DNA of 64,000 bases from Verrucomicrobiia bacterium. GTDB lineage: Bacteria; Verrucomicrobiota; Verrucomicrobiia; Limisphaerales; DASXHY01. A program made the translations under genes and the position numbers. Location of the stretch: positions 232,309 through 296,308 of the forward strand of contig DASPIL010000096.1 of the NCBI GenBank assembly GCA_035629175.1. The letters run 5' to 3'. Under the pieces are notes generated by a model. It ran no database searches. It had not been told where the DNA came from and saw only the letters and a program-made list of their open reading frames with translations. Position 1 is the stretch's first letter; each line of letters begins with the position of its first letter. Shown piece after piece: positions 35,999 to 46,278 of this stretch.

Positions 35999-38434
35999 TC
36001 AGGTCAAGGCAGAGGGCGCAAATCCAAGGCGATCTCCCAAAGCAACGAGAGCGTCCAAACATTCAGCGGCCTCTTTGTCCCCATTTGCGGCGCGATCGCG
36101 GAACTCATCGAGCTTTGTGTGTCGCAGCTGCCAATACGTGTTCTGAACCTCGGCAAGGTTCAACCCAAGCGGCAGCGGCATCATCAGCCCCGCAATGGTT
36201 TGCAGTTCCTTTACGCATTCCAGGTCGCACGGATTCTCCGCAACCTGCCGTATCGCGCGTTCCATGCGGTTCTTCACCGCAAAGCTGATGTCGGGTGTGA
36301 GCACTTCATGGCCGCGGCTCTGGGCTTCCGACACGAGACCCTTCAGCTGTTCCAGATCGGTGTGGCCGTTCTCGAACTGTCGCCGAAGATTGCTCTTCAA
36401 CGTCAAATCCCAGGCAAGCTGCAGCCCGGCGGGCAACGGCGCGCCAGCGCCCTGCAAGAATTTCATCAGCGGCTCGTAACGTTCGGTGATCAATCGGAAA
36501 CGCGACTCCAGATCCTCCCTCGCACTTGCGAGGATCTCGTTGAGGATGCGCCGTTGCTCGTCCTTGAACAACGACTTGAGACTGTAGGACGCGTTCTTGA
36601 AGTGCTGGTTGATCAGCAGGATCACCTGCGGGAAATCCGCTGTGTCAAACGCGCCGCGAACCGACTGCACCATCGCCTGGTATTGAGAATCGTCATCGAA
36701 CTTGGTGACCGCGCCCACCAGGTTGTGTTCACCCAGGTACAGAATTGCGTAGGAAAGCTGGTCGAATTCGTGGGTGATCTCCGAAACCACTCGAACCTTT
36801 CCCACTGCCAGCTTGGCCTTGCCGGCCGTGGCAACGTGACGATGCACGTCCTCGAACGTGTAAGAGAAGATGCGGATGGCATTCTCGTAATCGTGAAAGC
36901 ACGAACTGATTGCGTAGTGCGCGGCGGCCTTCGGCCAGTCGATCATCGCCGGTTTCACGAAAGCCTGATAGATCGCGCGACCGTCCGAATGCTCGTTCAG
37001 ATTGCTTTTTGCCTGCTGCAATAGATCAAGGAAGCCGGGTTCAAAATCCTGCCCGGTGAGTTCGCTGGCCAGCTGAATCACGCGCGCGGCATATTGAATG
37101 ACCTGCACGGTTTCAATTCCCGACAGCTCGTCGAAGAACCAGCCGCAGCTCGTATACATGAGCATCGCGTGCCGTTGCAGCTCCATCCATTTCAACACAA
37201 TGGTTTTCTGCTCTTGCGACAAATCCGACTTGGCCTTCTCGGACAGCCAGCGGTCGATGTTTTCGGGTGTGCGATCCAGGATGACCTGAATGTATTCGTT
37301 GCGGGCCAGCCATGGATCTTTCAGCAATTCCCCGGCCCTGGATTCGAAGAGCGGAGCCATCTCGTCGCGCAGCCAGTCGAGCGCCTTTCGCAGGGGAGCG
37401 CGCCAGTGCTGTTTCCAATCGCCATGCCCGCCGCTGTTGCAGCCGCAATCCTCCTTCCATCGGCCAACCCCGTGCGAACAGCTCCACGCACTGCCTTCAT
37501 GGATCTGCACTTCGTATTCAGGCGGATGTTGCTCAAGAAATTCGCCGTAGTTCGTCAACTGGGCGGCGCCGCTGTTCTCGATGTGCTGCATGGCGTAGGC
37601 AAGCGCCATTTCACCGTGCTTATGATGATGCCCATACGATTCGCCATCGGTGGCGATGTGCACGAGCTGATCCCAATCCCGTCCTTCACTGAATGCGCCG
37701 AGCAGGCGGTTCGCAAATTTCTCGCCACTGACAAGAAGCTTCTCGAACGCGACCGCCTGGGAGACGGGGGCATCGTAAAAGAACACGTTGATGGATCGGC
37801 CTGACGGAAGATTGACGCGGTAGGCGCGGCTGGGATCGATGCGTGCGCCATTGACGTCCTCCCAATCCGCCGCCCCGATCTTGCGCATGCGACTGGCTTG
37901 GAACGGGGACATAAGCGTAAAGAGGATTCCCGCCTCGGCCAGCACTTCGAGGCTGGGGGTGTCGGCTGCGGTTTCGGAGAGCCACATGCCTTCGGGTTTT
38001 CGGCCGAAACGATGCTCGAAATCGCGGATTCCCCAGATCACCTGGGTGAGTTTGTCGCGGTCGTTGGCGAGCGGCATGATCATGTGATTGTAAACCTGGG
38101 CCATGGCGGAACCGTGTCCCGAGAACTGCTCGCGGCTGAGTTTGTCAGCAGCAACGATCGCTGCATGCGTTTCCGGCATCTTGTCCTGCGCCCATGCGAG
38201 GAGCGTGGGTCCGATGTTGAAGCTGATTTTAGAGTAATTGCTGATGATATTCTCGATCTTGCCATTGCCATCGAGGATGCGGGCGGCCCCATTGGGTGCG
38301 TAGCATTCGACCGCAATGCGTTCGTTCCAATCGTGCCACGGCGCCGCGGAGTCCTGCAGTTCGACCGTCTCCAGCCACGGATTTTCCCGCGGCGGCTGGT
38401 AGAAATGGCCATGAATGCAGATAAATTTTTTCAT
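35999..38434 (-). CDS. Glycoside hydrolase family 57 protein with C-terminal DUF3536-like region
   Basis: 811 aa. MKKFICIHGHFYQPPRENPW N-terminus and ATDGESYGHH catalytic-region motif typical of GH57. Confidence 0.85.
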   Translation of the reverse strand: MKKFICIHGHFYQPPRENPWLETVELQDSAAPWHDWNERIAVECYAPNGAARILDGNGKIENIISNYSKISFNIGPTLLAWAQDKMPETHAAIVAADKLSREQFSGHGSAMAQVYNHMIMPLANDRDKLTQVIWGIRDFEHRFGRKPEGMWLSETAADTPSLEVLAEAGILFTLMSPFQASRMRKIGAADWEDVNGARIDPSRAYRVNLPSGRSINVFFYDAPVSQAVAFEKLLVSGEKFANRLLGAFSEGRDWDQLVHIATDGESYGHHHKHGEMALAYAMQHIENSGAAQLTNYGEFLEQHPPEYEVQIHEGSAWSCSHGVGRWKEDCGCNSGGHGDWKQHWRAPLRKALDWLRDEMAPLFESRAGELLKDPWLARNEYIQVILDRTPENIDRWLSEKAKSDLSQEQKTIVLKWMELQRHAMLMYTSCGWFFDELSGIETVQVIQYAARVIQLASELTGQDFEPGFLDLLQQAKSNLNEHSDGRAIYQAFVKPAMIDWPKAAAHYAISSCFHDYENAIRIFSYTFEDVHRHVATAGKAKLAVGKVRVVSEITHEFDQLSYAILYLGEHNLVGAVTKFDDDSQYQAMVQSVRGAFDTADFPQVILLINQHFKNASYSLKSLFKDEQRRILNEILASAREDLESRFRLITERYEPLMKFLQGAGAPLPAGLQLAWDLTLKSNLRRQFENGHTDLEQLKGLVSEAQSRGHEVLTPDISFAVKNRMERAIRQVAENPCDLECVKELQTIAGLMMPLPLGLNLAEVQNTYWQLRHTKLDEFRDRAANGDKEAAECLDALVALGDRLGFAPSALT

Positions 38435-38566
38435 GCCACCAGTGTGTGGCTTTGGCTGTCACCAACAATAGGGGGATTACCCGCGAAGCGGGCGTCGCGC
38501 TTCCCCAACCGGGGGTCTGATGATCGGAATCGGAGGCCTGAATTTTCGCCAACCCCAGGCCTGTGC

Positions 38567-41164
38567 TCAGCGCCACTCGTGCTTGGGATAGCGGCGCTGC
38601 AGTTCTGATTTGAGCCGCGGATATTGTTCGCGCCAGAAATTGCCAAGATCCTGTGTGACCTGCACGGGTTTCATTCCCGGAGTAAGAATGTGAACCACCA
38701 CAGGCACGCGGCCGAGCGCGATCTTCGGGGTTTGCGCTACATCGTAAAGCTCCTGGATGCGCAAGGCGATATGAGGAGGATTGCCTTTTTCGTAAACCAC
38801 TTTAGGAGTGCGGCCGTTTGTCAGGGGCAGGCGTTCGGGAGCGTGTTTGTTGAGCAACTCGTGCTGCGCGGGCGAAAGCCACGACTTCACCACCGTTTTC
38901 ACCTCGCGATCCTTGATGTCCTTGTAACCGATTGCTCCGTGGCAAATCTGCTCGATCAGGTGTGTTCGATCTTCATCCGCAATTGGCGGAAGACCCATTT
39001 CGGGGCACCACTGGCTGAGGAGATTCAATCGCAGGATCCATTGCTCAACCGTGTGATCCCATTCCTTCAGCGTGAGCCGTTCGGCGAGAACTTCTTCGGC
39101 AAGCAACCGCGCGGCGGCCTCGGCGGGCGGCGGTTCAATCCGCCGGGCCGACAACGCAAGGCCGCGGAAGCGAGAGAGTTCTGCGGCCACCACGCGTTTT
39201 TGTGTCGTATCAAACGCAACGCGCAGTTCGCTCGCGATATCGTCGGGAAACAGTTCAGGCAACCATTCAGCTTGGATGGCGGTGGCCAGCGACAGGATCG
39301 TGTTCAACTCCTTGTCCTTCCCTTCAACTTCGCGCACCTCGGCCGCCACGAGCAACTGGCTGTGCTGCACCACGCTTTCACGCGCAAGCACGCCGCGGCG
39401 GCCATGGACCAACTCGCAGCGAAGCGTGCCTTGATCGAGTCGATGCGCCACGCGGTCGGAGAAGCCGATCAATACACATTTCTGCAATGCCTCGTCCTTG
39501 ACTTCACGCGGCTCAACATCGAGCCCTTCACGTTCGGCGATTCGCAGGAAATGATCGAGCAAGGGGCCGACCTGGCGAGCAGTGACCGCGTGGATCCCCA
39601 GCTTGCGGCAGGCGTCCACGCGGTATTGATTTTTCGACGCATAGGTCCAGGCGCGCATGAGGATCCAAAAGTCAGACGAAGCCTTTTCTCCCAGCAGATC
39701 CTCTCGCAACTGGTGCGTGGCCTTGTCGACTCCGCGCAGCAACAAGTCGCGTCCTTGCGTCAGGGCGGCGATGACAGCGGCCTGATAGACGCAGCCGTAT
39801 TCCTGGGCGGCCATCAGCATGCGGGCGTAGCGCGGATGCACGGGGAAAGCCAGCATCTTGCGGCCGATCGGCGTGATTTCGAGAGAATCACAATCGCCCG
39901 CGCCTCCGCTGGCGGGTGTCATCTTGAGCGCTCCCAGATCCGTCAGTAATTCTTCAGCATGCGCGAGGCTTTGTTCTGACGGCGGTTCGAGCCAGCGGAA
40001 TTGCCGAAGGTTCGAAATGCCAGCCGCTTTCAACGTCAGCACGACTTCGGCAAGATCGAGACGCTTGATTTCAGGAACTTCCTGCGGCGCGCGATGTTCA
40101 TGTTCCTGGCGTGACCAAAGCCGCATGCACACGCCCGGCGCCGTGCGCCCGGCGCGGCCCGCACGCTGGTCGGCTGCGGATTGGCTGATCTTCTCGACGA
40201 GCAGCGTGTTGATGCCGCGATACGCGTCGTAACGCGGAATCCTCGCGAGTCCACAATCAATAACCAGGCGCACGCCTTCGATCGTCAGCGATGTTTCCGC
40301 TACGTTCGTTGAAACCACAACCTTGCGCTGGCCGTAACGCGCCACGGCGGCGTCCTGCTCCCGCGGCGGCAATTCACCGTGCAGTGGCAGCAGAATGAAA
40401 TCGCGTGCTTCGTCGGTGTGCCGGATTGCTTCCAGCGTTTGAAAAATTTCAAATCCGCCGGGCATGAACACCAGCACATCGCCTGGTTCCCCGGAACGCA
40501 CATAACGGCTGAACGCGTCCGCGGCCTGATCCCAGATCGGGCGTTTGTCCGTGTAGGCAGGCTCCGACTCGTAACGTATTTCAACCGGGAAGGTTCGGCC
40601 GGCGGAGGTCAACACGGAACAGGGATGCCGGCCGCCGCTTTTCGATTTTGAAAAGTAATCTGCAAGGAGGTCCGCATCGAGCGTGGCGGACATCACCGCC
40701 AGCTTCAGGTCAGGCCTTGCGGATTCCTGAACGTCGAGAGCCCGCGCCAGCGTGATGTCTCCATAGAGATGCCGCTCGTGAAATTCGTCGAACAACAGCG
40801 CCGCAACGCCCTTCAGGTTGGGGTCATCGATCATCTGCCTAAGCAGAACGCCTTCGGTGACGAAGCGAATGCGGGTTTCCGCTGAAGTCACATTCTCGAA
40901 TCGGATTTGGTATCCGACCTCGCGTCCGAGCTTCACTCCCAATTCTTCGGCAACGCGGGTCGCGAGCAGGCGGGCGGCAAGACGGCGGGGTTGCAGGATT
41001 ACGACCTGGCCGTTTTCGAGCAATCCCGATTGCAGGAGCATCTGCGGGACCTGCGTGGTTTTGCCCGAACCCGTCGGTGCGGAAAGGATTAGCCGGTTGC
41101 CGGAACGCAAGGCGCCGGCAATGGATTCATGGATTTCCCAAATGGGAAGGGAGGTCGCTGGCAC
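38567..41164 (-). CDS. hrpB: ATP-dependent RNA helicase HrpB (DEAH-box)
   Basis: 865 aa with a GTG start. APTGSGKTT, DEFHER, SATL, TNVAETSLTIEG, QRAGRAGR, and the HrpB-type C-terminus GRVPVVVHILTPGMKPVQVTQDLGNFW...RYPKHEW. Confidence 0.9.
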   Translation of the reverse strand: MPATSLPIWEIHESIAGALRSGNRLILSAPTGSGKTTQVPQMLLQSGLLENGQVVILQPRRLAARLLATRVAEELGVKLGREVGYQIRFENVTSAETRIRFVTEGVLLRQMIDDPNLKGVAALLFDEFHERHLYGDITLARALDVQESARPDLKLAVMSATLDADLLADYFSKSKSGGRHPCSVLTSAGRTFPVEIRYESEPAYTDKRPIWDQAADAFSRYVRSGEPGDVLVFMPGGFEIFQTLEAIRHTDEARDFILLPLHGELPPREQDAAVARYGQRKVVVSTNVAETSLTIEGVRLVIDCGLARIPRYDAYRGINTLLVEKISQSAADQRAGRAGRTAPGVCMRLWSRQEHEHRAPQEVPEIKRLDLAEVVLTLKAAGISNLRQFRWLEPPSEQSLAHAEELLTDLGALKMTPASGGAGDCDSLEITPIGRKMLAFPVHPRYARMLMAAQEYGCVYQAAVIAALTQGRDLLLRGVDKATHQLREDLLGEKASSDFWILMRAWTYASKNQYRVDACRKLGIHAVTARQVGPLLDHFLRIAEREGLDVEPREVKDEALQKCVLIGFSDRVAHRLDQGTLRCELVHGRRGVLARESVVQHSQLLVAAEVREVEGKDKELNTILSLATAIQAEWLPELFPDDIASELRVAFDTTQKRVVAAELSRFRGLALSARRIEPPPAEAAARLLAEEVLAERLTLKEWDHTVEQWILRLNLLSQWCPEMGLPPIADEDRTHLIEQICHGAIGYKDIKDREVKTVVKSWLSPAQHELLNKHAPERLPLTNGRTPKVVYEKGNPPHIALRIQELYDVAQTPKIALGRVPVVVHILTPGMKPVQVTQDLGNFWREQYPRLKSELQRRYPKHEWR

Positions 41165-41216
41165 GGAGAAAAGCGCGGCGTGGCTTCAGGCCCTGGGCGC
41201 ACGGGCACACCTGGAA

Positions 41217-41522
41217 TCAAACGTGACGCAGCACAATCGCGACGAGCGTGACGATCAGCATCATTCCCGCAGGCATGAACTTGCGGGTCTTCGCCAATCG
41301 AATTCCGAACACCACAAACAGGATGGCCATGAGCACATCGGCGAGGCCGCGAGCTGTGCTGGGAGTGAGGAAATTGGGAATCGCAGTCAGCATCAGCAGG
41401 GCCGCAAAGGCAATCGACATGATCAGCGACACCTGGCTTTTCCCTTTGAAAAAGCCGATCAGTCCGCCAATCACGAGCAGCACGATATAAATCCAGAGAA
41501 CTTTCGTGGCGAAATCTTGCAT
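41217..41522 (-). CDS. TMEM14/UPF0136-family small membrane protein
   Basis: ORF 41217..41582; ATG at 41522. Four hydrophobic helices; GGLIGFFKGKSQVSLIMS matches the GGxxGxxKxGSxxSL family motif. Confidence 0.65.
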   Translation of the reverse strand: MQDFATKVLWIYIVLLVIGGLIGFFKGKSQVSLIMSIAFAALLMLTAIPNFLTPSTARGLADVLMAILFVVFGIRLAKTRKFMPAGMMLIVTLVAIVLRHV

Positions 41523-41536
41523 CCGCGAAGAGTGCC

Positions 41537-41716
41537 TCAACCCGGCGCGACGTCCAAGCCCAGAATCTCGCCCCCTTCGCATTCGACAGTGATCTCAAAC
41601 GGGCGGCAGCAAACTTCGCAATCGCTCGTGAATCGCTGCGAGCCCTGGCGCGTGTCGATCATGACAGTCGACTCCTGCCCGCAAAAAGGGCATTGGATGG
41701 ATTCGGGAATTTCCAT
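41537..41716 (-). CDS. CPXCG-motif cysteine-rich small protein (59 aa)
   Basis: Below the ORF-track cutoff. Own translation: MEIPESIQCPFCGQESTVMIDTRQGSQRFTSDCEVCCRPFEITVECEGGEILGLDVAPG. It has the CPxCG ... CxxCC arrangement of the CPXCG family. Confidence 0.6.
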   Translation of the reverse strand: MEIPESIQCPFCGQESTVMIDTRQGSQRFTSDCEVCCRPFEITVECEGGEILGLDVAPG

Positions 41717-41817
41717 GCGCCACCACTACTGCGTTGGAGTTGCCCGCACAAGCGCAGGAAAAGGATTGAGTCACGGGATGTTTGTTTCCAAATTCACCCG
41801 CTATCTCGAATCAACCT

Positions 41818-42918
41818 ATGGCAACGCTCGAAATCAAACCGGCCGGCTCGTGCAAATATGATCTGCTTGCGCTTGGAGAAATCATGCTGCGCCTGGATCC
41901 TGGAGAAGGACGCATCCGGACGGCACGGCAATTCACGGTGTGGGAAGGCGGTGGCGAATACAACGTGGCGCGCGGGTTGCGCAGATGTTTTGGATTGAAT
42001 ACGGCCGTGGCGACGGCATTTGCCGATAACGACGTGGGCCGCCTGCTTGAGGATTTTGTCCTGCAGGGGGGCGTTGCCACCGAATTTGTAAAGTGGACGC
42101 CTTTCGACGGCGTTGGGCGCGTCACACGCAATGGGCTGAACTTCACGGAAAGAGGATTCGGAGTGCGCGGTGCTGTGGGCATTCCTGATCGCGGGAATAC
42201 GGCGGCCAGCCAGTTGAAGCCTGGTGATTTTGATTGGGATTATATTTTTGGCAAGGCAGGTGTGCGCTGGCTTCACACAGGCGGCATCTTCGCTGCCTTG
42301 AGCGACACAACGCCGAAACTGGTCATCGAAGCGGTGCAGGCGGCGAAACGTCATGGCACGATCGTGAGTTACGATCTCAATTATCGCCCGTCGTTGTGGA
42401 AAAGCATTGGGGGACAGAAGCGGGCGCAGGAGGTGAACCGCGAGATTGCACGGCATGTGGACGTCATGATTGGCAACGAGGAGGACTTCACCGCGTGCCT
42501 TGGTTTCGAGGTTGAAGGTGTTGATGAGAACATCAGCTCAATTGATGTGAAGGCGTTTGAAAAAATGATTGAAAAGGCGGTCAAGACATTCCCGAATTTT
42601 CGCGTCACGGCGACGACCCTGCGCGCGGTGCGATCGGCCACCCGCAATGATTGGAGTGCCATTTGTTGGGCGGACGGGAAGTTCTTCCAGGCGCCGAACC
42701 GGCCCGACATGGAGATTCTCGATCGCGTCGGGGGTGGGGACAGCTTCGCCAGCGGGCTGATCTATGGCTTCATGAAATTCAACGATCCGCAACAGGCTGT
42801 GGAATACGGCGCCGCGCATGGCGCCCTGGCAATGACCACGCCGGGAGACACTTCAATGGCTTCGCTGAAAGAGGTCGAGGCGCTGGTGAAGGGCGGGAGC
42901 GCACGCGTTCAGCGTTGA
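41818..42918 (+). CDS. PfkB-family sugar kinase (2-keto-3-deoxygluconate kinase-like)
   Basis: ORF 41782..42918; ATG at 41818 (MATLEIKPAGSCKYDLLALGEIMLRLDP). PfkB signatures GGGEYNVA and DRVGGGDSFASGLIYG. Confidence 0.85.
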   Translation: MATLEIKPAGSCKYDLLALGEIMLRLDPGEGRIRTARQFTVWEGGGEYNVARGLRRCFGLNTAVATAFADNDVGRLLEDFVLQGGVATEFVKWTPFDGVGRVTRNGLNFTERGFGVRGAVGIPDRGNTAASQLKPGDFDWDYIFGKAGVRWLHTGGIFAALSDTTPKLVIEAVQAAKRHGTIVSYDLNYRPSLWKSIGGQKRAQEVNREIARHVDVMIGNEEDFTACLGFEVEGVDENISSIDVKAFEKMIEKAVKTFPNFRVTATTLRAVRSATRNDWSAICWADGKFFQAPNRPDMEILDRVGGGDSFASGLIYGFMKFNDPQQAVEYGAAHGALAMTTPGDTSMASLKEVEALVKGGSARVQR

Positions 42919-44432
42919 CGCTGCGGGCGGCTGCGGACGAGAAGGATCCAATCGGCTGCTGTCGGTGCTGGCACTTTGATCGTTGCGGAACCCAGCACCG
43001 CAACGGCTTCGCGCGTCTCGCCAGTTCGCGGATTCAACCAGCGCAATCCAGGCATGTCGGGAATGGTTTCACTCGGAAGCTCGAGCACATCCTGGTCAGC
43101 GCAATAGTAAGCGCGAAACGTTTTGTTGGAATCCATTGCTAACGCAACGGAGGATGCGTCGGGGGATGCGATGCGCACTTCATGTTCTTCTTCCATCGAA
43201 TCAAACAGCTCAGCTGCAATGCGCATCTGTTTCGCTCCCGGCAGGAACAGCGATCGCTGCCACAGAGGCAATTCGTCTTTGTTGACTGCGGTTGTATCCC
43301 AAATCGCGACGCCCTGGGCCTGGTAGGCAAAACCTCCGGCGGATCCCAGGAGCAAGGCGGGCCAAAGCTCCCGCCTGACGGCATCGGCCGTGACACGATG
43401 TTTCGAAGCCGAGAGGGCGTTTTCGTGCGCTGTCAATTCAACCAACACGGGGAGTCGAAGCTGTGCCCGAATCAATGGGTTCGTCAGGTTCCGGTTCGTA
43501 CCCCTGACCAGCAATCCATCCACCCACGGCTCAGCATTCAATGCGAGCCGCTCGCGCGCGAGGATGGCGGTCACGTCTGGATGAGAAGCCAATTCCGCGC
43601 GCAGCAGGGTGTTCGAACCCGTGACGCGGAATTGATCGAAAATCCAGGCCACATCCCACGCATGCCAGCGGGCATTCGCGTAACGGAAGAGTGCCGCCGC
43701 CTCGGAGTCGCTCACGGAACGCGGCAACTCCAGGCGAATAGCGCACAGCAAGTCGCGGCTGTTCAGCAACGAAATCGCACGGTCAAGCCGCTGGAAATAG
43801 GAAATTGCCGGCTGCGCGCCGGCATGAGCGGAACGACTGCCAGGTTCCCTCGCAGGAATGGACAGGTGCACAGCGCTGAACTGCTGGTGCCAGCGCGTTT
43901 GCGCGTAAAACGCAAGGTCGTCGTGGGACGCGTGGATCGCCTGGATGCGAAGCGTGTCGGCTATCCAAAAAAATGGTGAGCCATCGCGATGTTGGAATTT
44001 TCCTGTTCGCGGTTCACCCACCACGGGACCATGCCGCGAAAAGCGGGTTTCGGCCGAAGGGGCAATGCATACGAATTGCCCGCTGATCCGCAAGCCGCTG
44101 TTGGCCGGATCAGAGGAGCGCGTCACGTACTTCCAGTTTCCCGCCTGATCAGGCTTGAAACGGAGGCGCCAGGTTCTGCCGCCATCCCAGAACCCGTCAA
44201 TCAGGCTGGTTTCGCCTGAGGGAGATGTGAATTCCGCCTGGAGGGAACAATCGGCCGATGGGGAATCATAGGTCGTGCTGCTGCGCAGGGTCTGTTCAAA
44301 CACGCCCCACTTCGGAATGATCTGGACACCTGCGCCCTGAGCTTCCACGACCGCCCAGACCCACAGTGGAAGGAGCAGCGAGCGGGCAATCGTTCTGACG
44401 ACTTGCAACAGAGGCGATTGCGGGTGGCTCAT
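42909..44432 (-). CDS. DUF5060/DUF4038-type putative glycoside hydrolase
   Basis: 507 aa with a signal-like N-terminus. The block FTSPSGETSLIDGFWDGGRTWRLRFKPDQAGNWKY resembles the DUF5060 N-terminal beta-sandwich that precedes DUF4038 (GH140-like) barrels. Family call is from memory of that motif. Confidence 0.6.
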   Translation of the reverse strand: MSHPQSPLLQVVRTIARSLLLPLWVWAVVEAQGAGVQIIPKWGVFEQTLRSSTTYDSPSADCSLQAEFTSPSGETSLIDGFWDGGRTWRLRFKPDQAGNWKYVTRSSDPANSGLRISGQFVCIAPSAETRFSRHGPVVGEPRTGKFQHRDGSPFFWIADTLRIQAIHASHDDLAFYAQTRWHQQFSAVHLSIPAREPGSRSAHAGAQPAISYFQRLDRAISLLNSRDLLCAIRLELPRSVSDSEAAALFRYANARWHAWDVAWIFDQFRVTGSNTLLRAELASHPDVTAILARERLALNAEPWVDGLLVRGTNRNLTNPLIRAQLRLPVLVELTAHENALSASKHRVTADAVRRELWPALLLGSAGGFAYQAQGVAIWDTTAVNKDELPLWQRSLFLPGAKQMRIAAELFDSMEEEHEVRIASPDASSVALAMDSNKTFRAYYCADQDVLELPSETIPDMPGLRWLNPRTGETREAVAVLGSATIKVPAPTAADWILLVRSRPQRQR

Positions 44433-44677
44433 GGGATGGCGAGGTAAACGGATTACTTGAACGGAGTCAAATCACCTCCCGCAAAATTCATGGCAATCCG
44501 GTATTCACCCACTGGCTGACTTCCCCAGGCGCCGTCATCTTTTCAGACCGGACTGGGATTGGGCGGTGGATCTGCCAAGGGTTTGCCCGGGCTGTGTTCA
44601 GGGGAAAAGCCGGGGTTTAATTCTAGGGACTCCCGGATTCCGATGAGCACGGACTTTTGATCTGATGTGCTTTGCTT

Positions 44678-45103
44678 ATGAGAAACCTCATCCTGGCGTT
44701 GATACTTGGCCTCCCGCTCGGAGTATTCGGAACGGAACGTCTTGCCGCGTTGTCGATGCTGGAGACCGGCAATAATGACCGGGCGATTGGAAGAGCAGGG
44801 GAGGTCAGCCGTTACCAGGTGCTGCGCCGCGAATGGCGGAGTGTCACGAATTCGGTGGCCTATACCGATTCCGAGACAGCCCGGCATGTCGTCCTGGCCA
44901 TCATGCAGAAACGCGTCAAGGCATTCCAAGCCGCATACGGCCGTCTCCCAAACGATTTTGAGTATTACGGCTTGTGGAACGCGCCCTCGCAGGTGCTCAG
45001 GGGCCGTGTCAGCCGCGTGGTGGCCGAGCGCTGCCGCCGCTTTGCCAACCTCTGCGAACGCGAACAGCAACTCGCACAAGCTTCCACGCGCAAAGTTTTC
45101 TAA
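44678..45103 (+). CDS. Small exported lytic-transglycosylase (SLT/lysozyme-like) domain protein
   Basis: ORF 44672 starts at a TTG; ATG at 44678 gives the signal MRNLILALILGLPLGVFG. LETGNNDRAIGRAGEVSRYQV matches the SLT catalytic E-(S/T)-x-x-N...G..Q pattern. Confidence 0.6.
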   Translation: MRNLILALILGLPLGVFGTERLAALSMLETGNNDRAIGRAGEVSRYQVLRREWRSVTNSVAYTDSETARHVVLAIMQKRVKAFQAAYGRLPNDFEYYGLWNAPSQVLRGRVSRVVAERCRRFANLCEREQQLAQASTRKVF

Positions 45104-45190
45104 CCGCCCTCAGATGGCAAGCGCCCTGCTTGCCTAAGTCCTCGCCACTCATCCGACGCGACTGCTCCGCGCAGGAGTGCGCTGAAGCCA

Positions 45191-45709
45191 ATGAACCTGC
45201 CGATACCGGAAACGTTCAACAGCCTGTGGGCGAATCTGCCCAACCGGGTTCGTATTGCTGAAACCACAGTGCGCGCCTGGTTCGGCCGGGAAATCGCCGA
45301 CGCACGCTTCTACTACACCCGATTCCGAGCCGAGAACGGCGATGCCTTGAATCAATTTCGATTTGGCATGCTCTTCGAAACCGGGCATCGCGTTTCGCAA
45401 TCGGATTACGAAGCCCACAAGTGGTTTCTTCGCGCGGCCTTCCAAGGGTTGGTGGACGCGCAGGCGAAGGTTTCGGAATATCATCTTCTTGGCCGGGGAG
45501 TTCCACGGAATAACGAGGAAGCGTTTCGCTGGTGCCGCAAGGCGGCCGAAGCCGGACACGCTCCCTCGCAAGCGCAACTGGCACGGATGTACGCCCACGG
45601 AATCGGAGTAGAACGAAATCCGAAGGAAGCCAAAAAATGGGTCGGCAAGGCTGCCACGCAAAGCATCCAGATTCCAAAAGCGCTCCAGGTGGAATTAACC
45701 GCCTGCTGA
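45191..45709 (+). CDS. Sel1-repeat (TPR-like) protein
   Basis: 172 aa with three Sel1-like units (EAHKWFLRAAFQGLVDAQAKV..., EAFRWCRKAAEAGHAPSQAQLARMYAHGIGVERNPKEAKKWVGKAA). Confidence 0.75.
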   Translation: MNLPIPETFNSLWANLPNRVRIAETTVRAWFGREIADARFYYTRFRAENGDALNQFRFGMLFETGHRVSQSDYEAHKWFLRAAFQGLVDAQAKVSEYHLLGRGVPRNNEEAFRWCRKAAEAGHAPSQAQLARMYAHGIGVERNPKEAKKWVGKAATQSIQIPKALQVELTAC

Positions 45710-45847
45710 GATCGCCAACCGCCTCCTGTTCATCACCTGCCGGAACTTTGCTGTTTGTAGATCCCTCATGCTGGTGTAGAGTGTCTTCGATTTATCCAAG
45801 CTTTTCGGGGCTCTGACGGTCCTCTGGGTTCGGCTGAATTCAAAGCC

Positions 45848-46249
45848 ATGACCTACGCTCGAAAAATGAATCCTGTCCAGGAACAACGCCAGCGCGACCG
45901 CGAACGCCTCCTGCAGTCTCCCACCCTTGCAACCCAATATCCGAACCTCAAATCATTGAGCGTCGTCCTCGGCTATTTTGATGAAATGCGCATGTCCCAC
46001 GCGGGACAGTTGCGGTATCGGGCCAACGTTGAGCACGCGAAGGTCATCCTGGAATTCAGTTGTCCCAGCACCACATGCCTCGGCGGAGGGTTCGATTTGA
46101 GCGAGGTTCTCCTCAACGCGGTGACATCCACCCGCAAGAGCGCGCAAGGCCAGTTACGCTGTGCAGGAATGCGGAATGTCGCGTCCAATGGCCAGTCGAA
46201 CTGCCAGCATATGCTGAACTACAAGTTGAGCCTGGGTTACGCGAAATAA
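45848..46249 (+). CDS. Hypothetical protein with CX4C ... CX13C cysteines
   Basis: 133 aa with an ATG start and non-repetitive composition. CPSTTC and CAGMRNVASNGQSNC pairs suggest metal binding. No family recognised. Confidence 0.45.
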   Translation: MTYARKMNPVQEQRQRDRERLLQSPTLATQYPNLKSLSVVLGYFDEMRMSHAGQLRYRANVEHAKVILEFSCPSTTCLGGGFDLSEVLLNAVTSTRKSAQGQLRCAGMRNVASNGQSNCQHMLNYKLSLGYAK

Positions 46250-46278
46250 GAGCGGCGCCCGCTCTTGCAATCCATTCT

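Noticed and set aside
38624-39949. 441-aa plus-strand ORF
   Set aside because: It is antisense to hrpB, which has all the DEAH helicase motifs. This is a shadow ORF.
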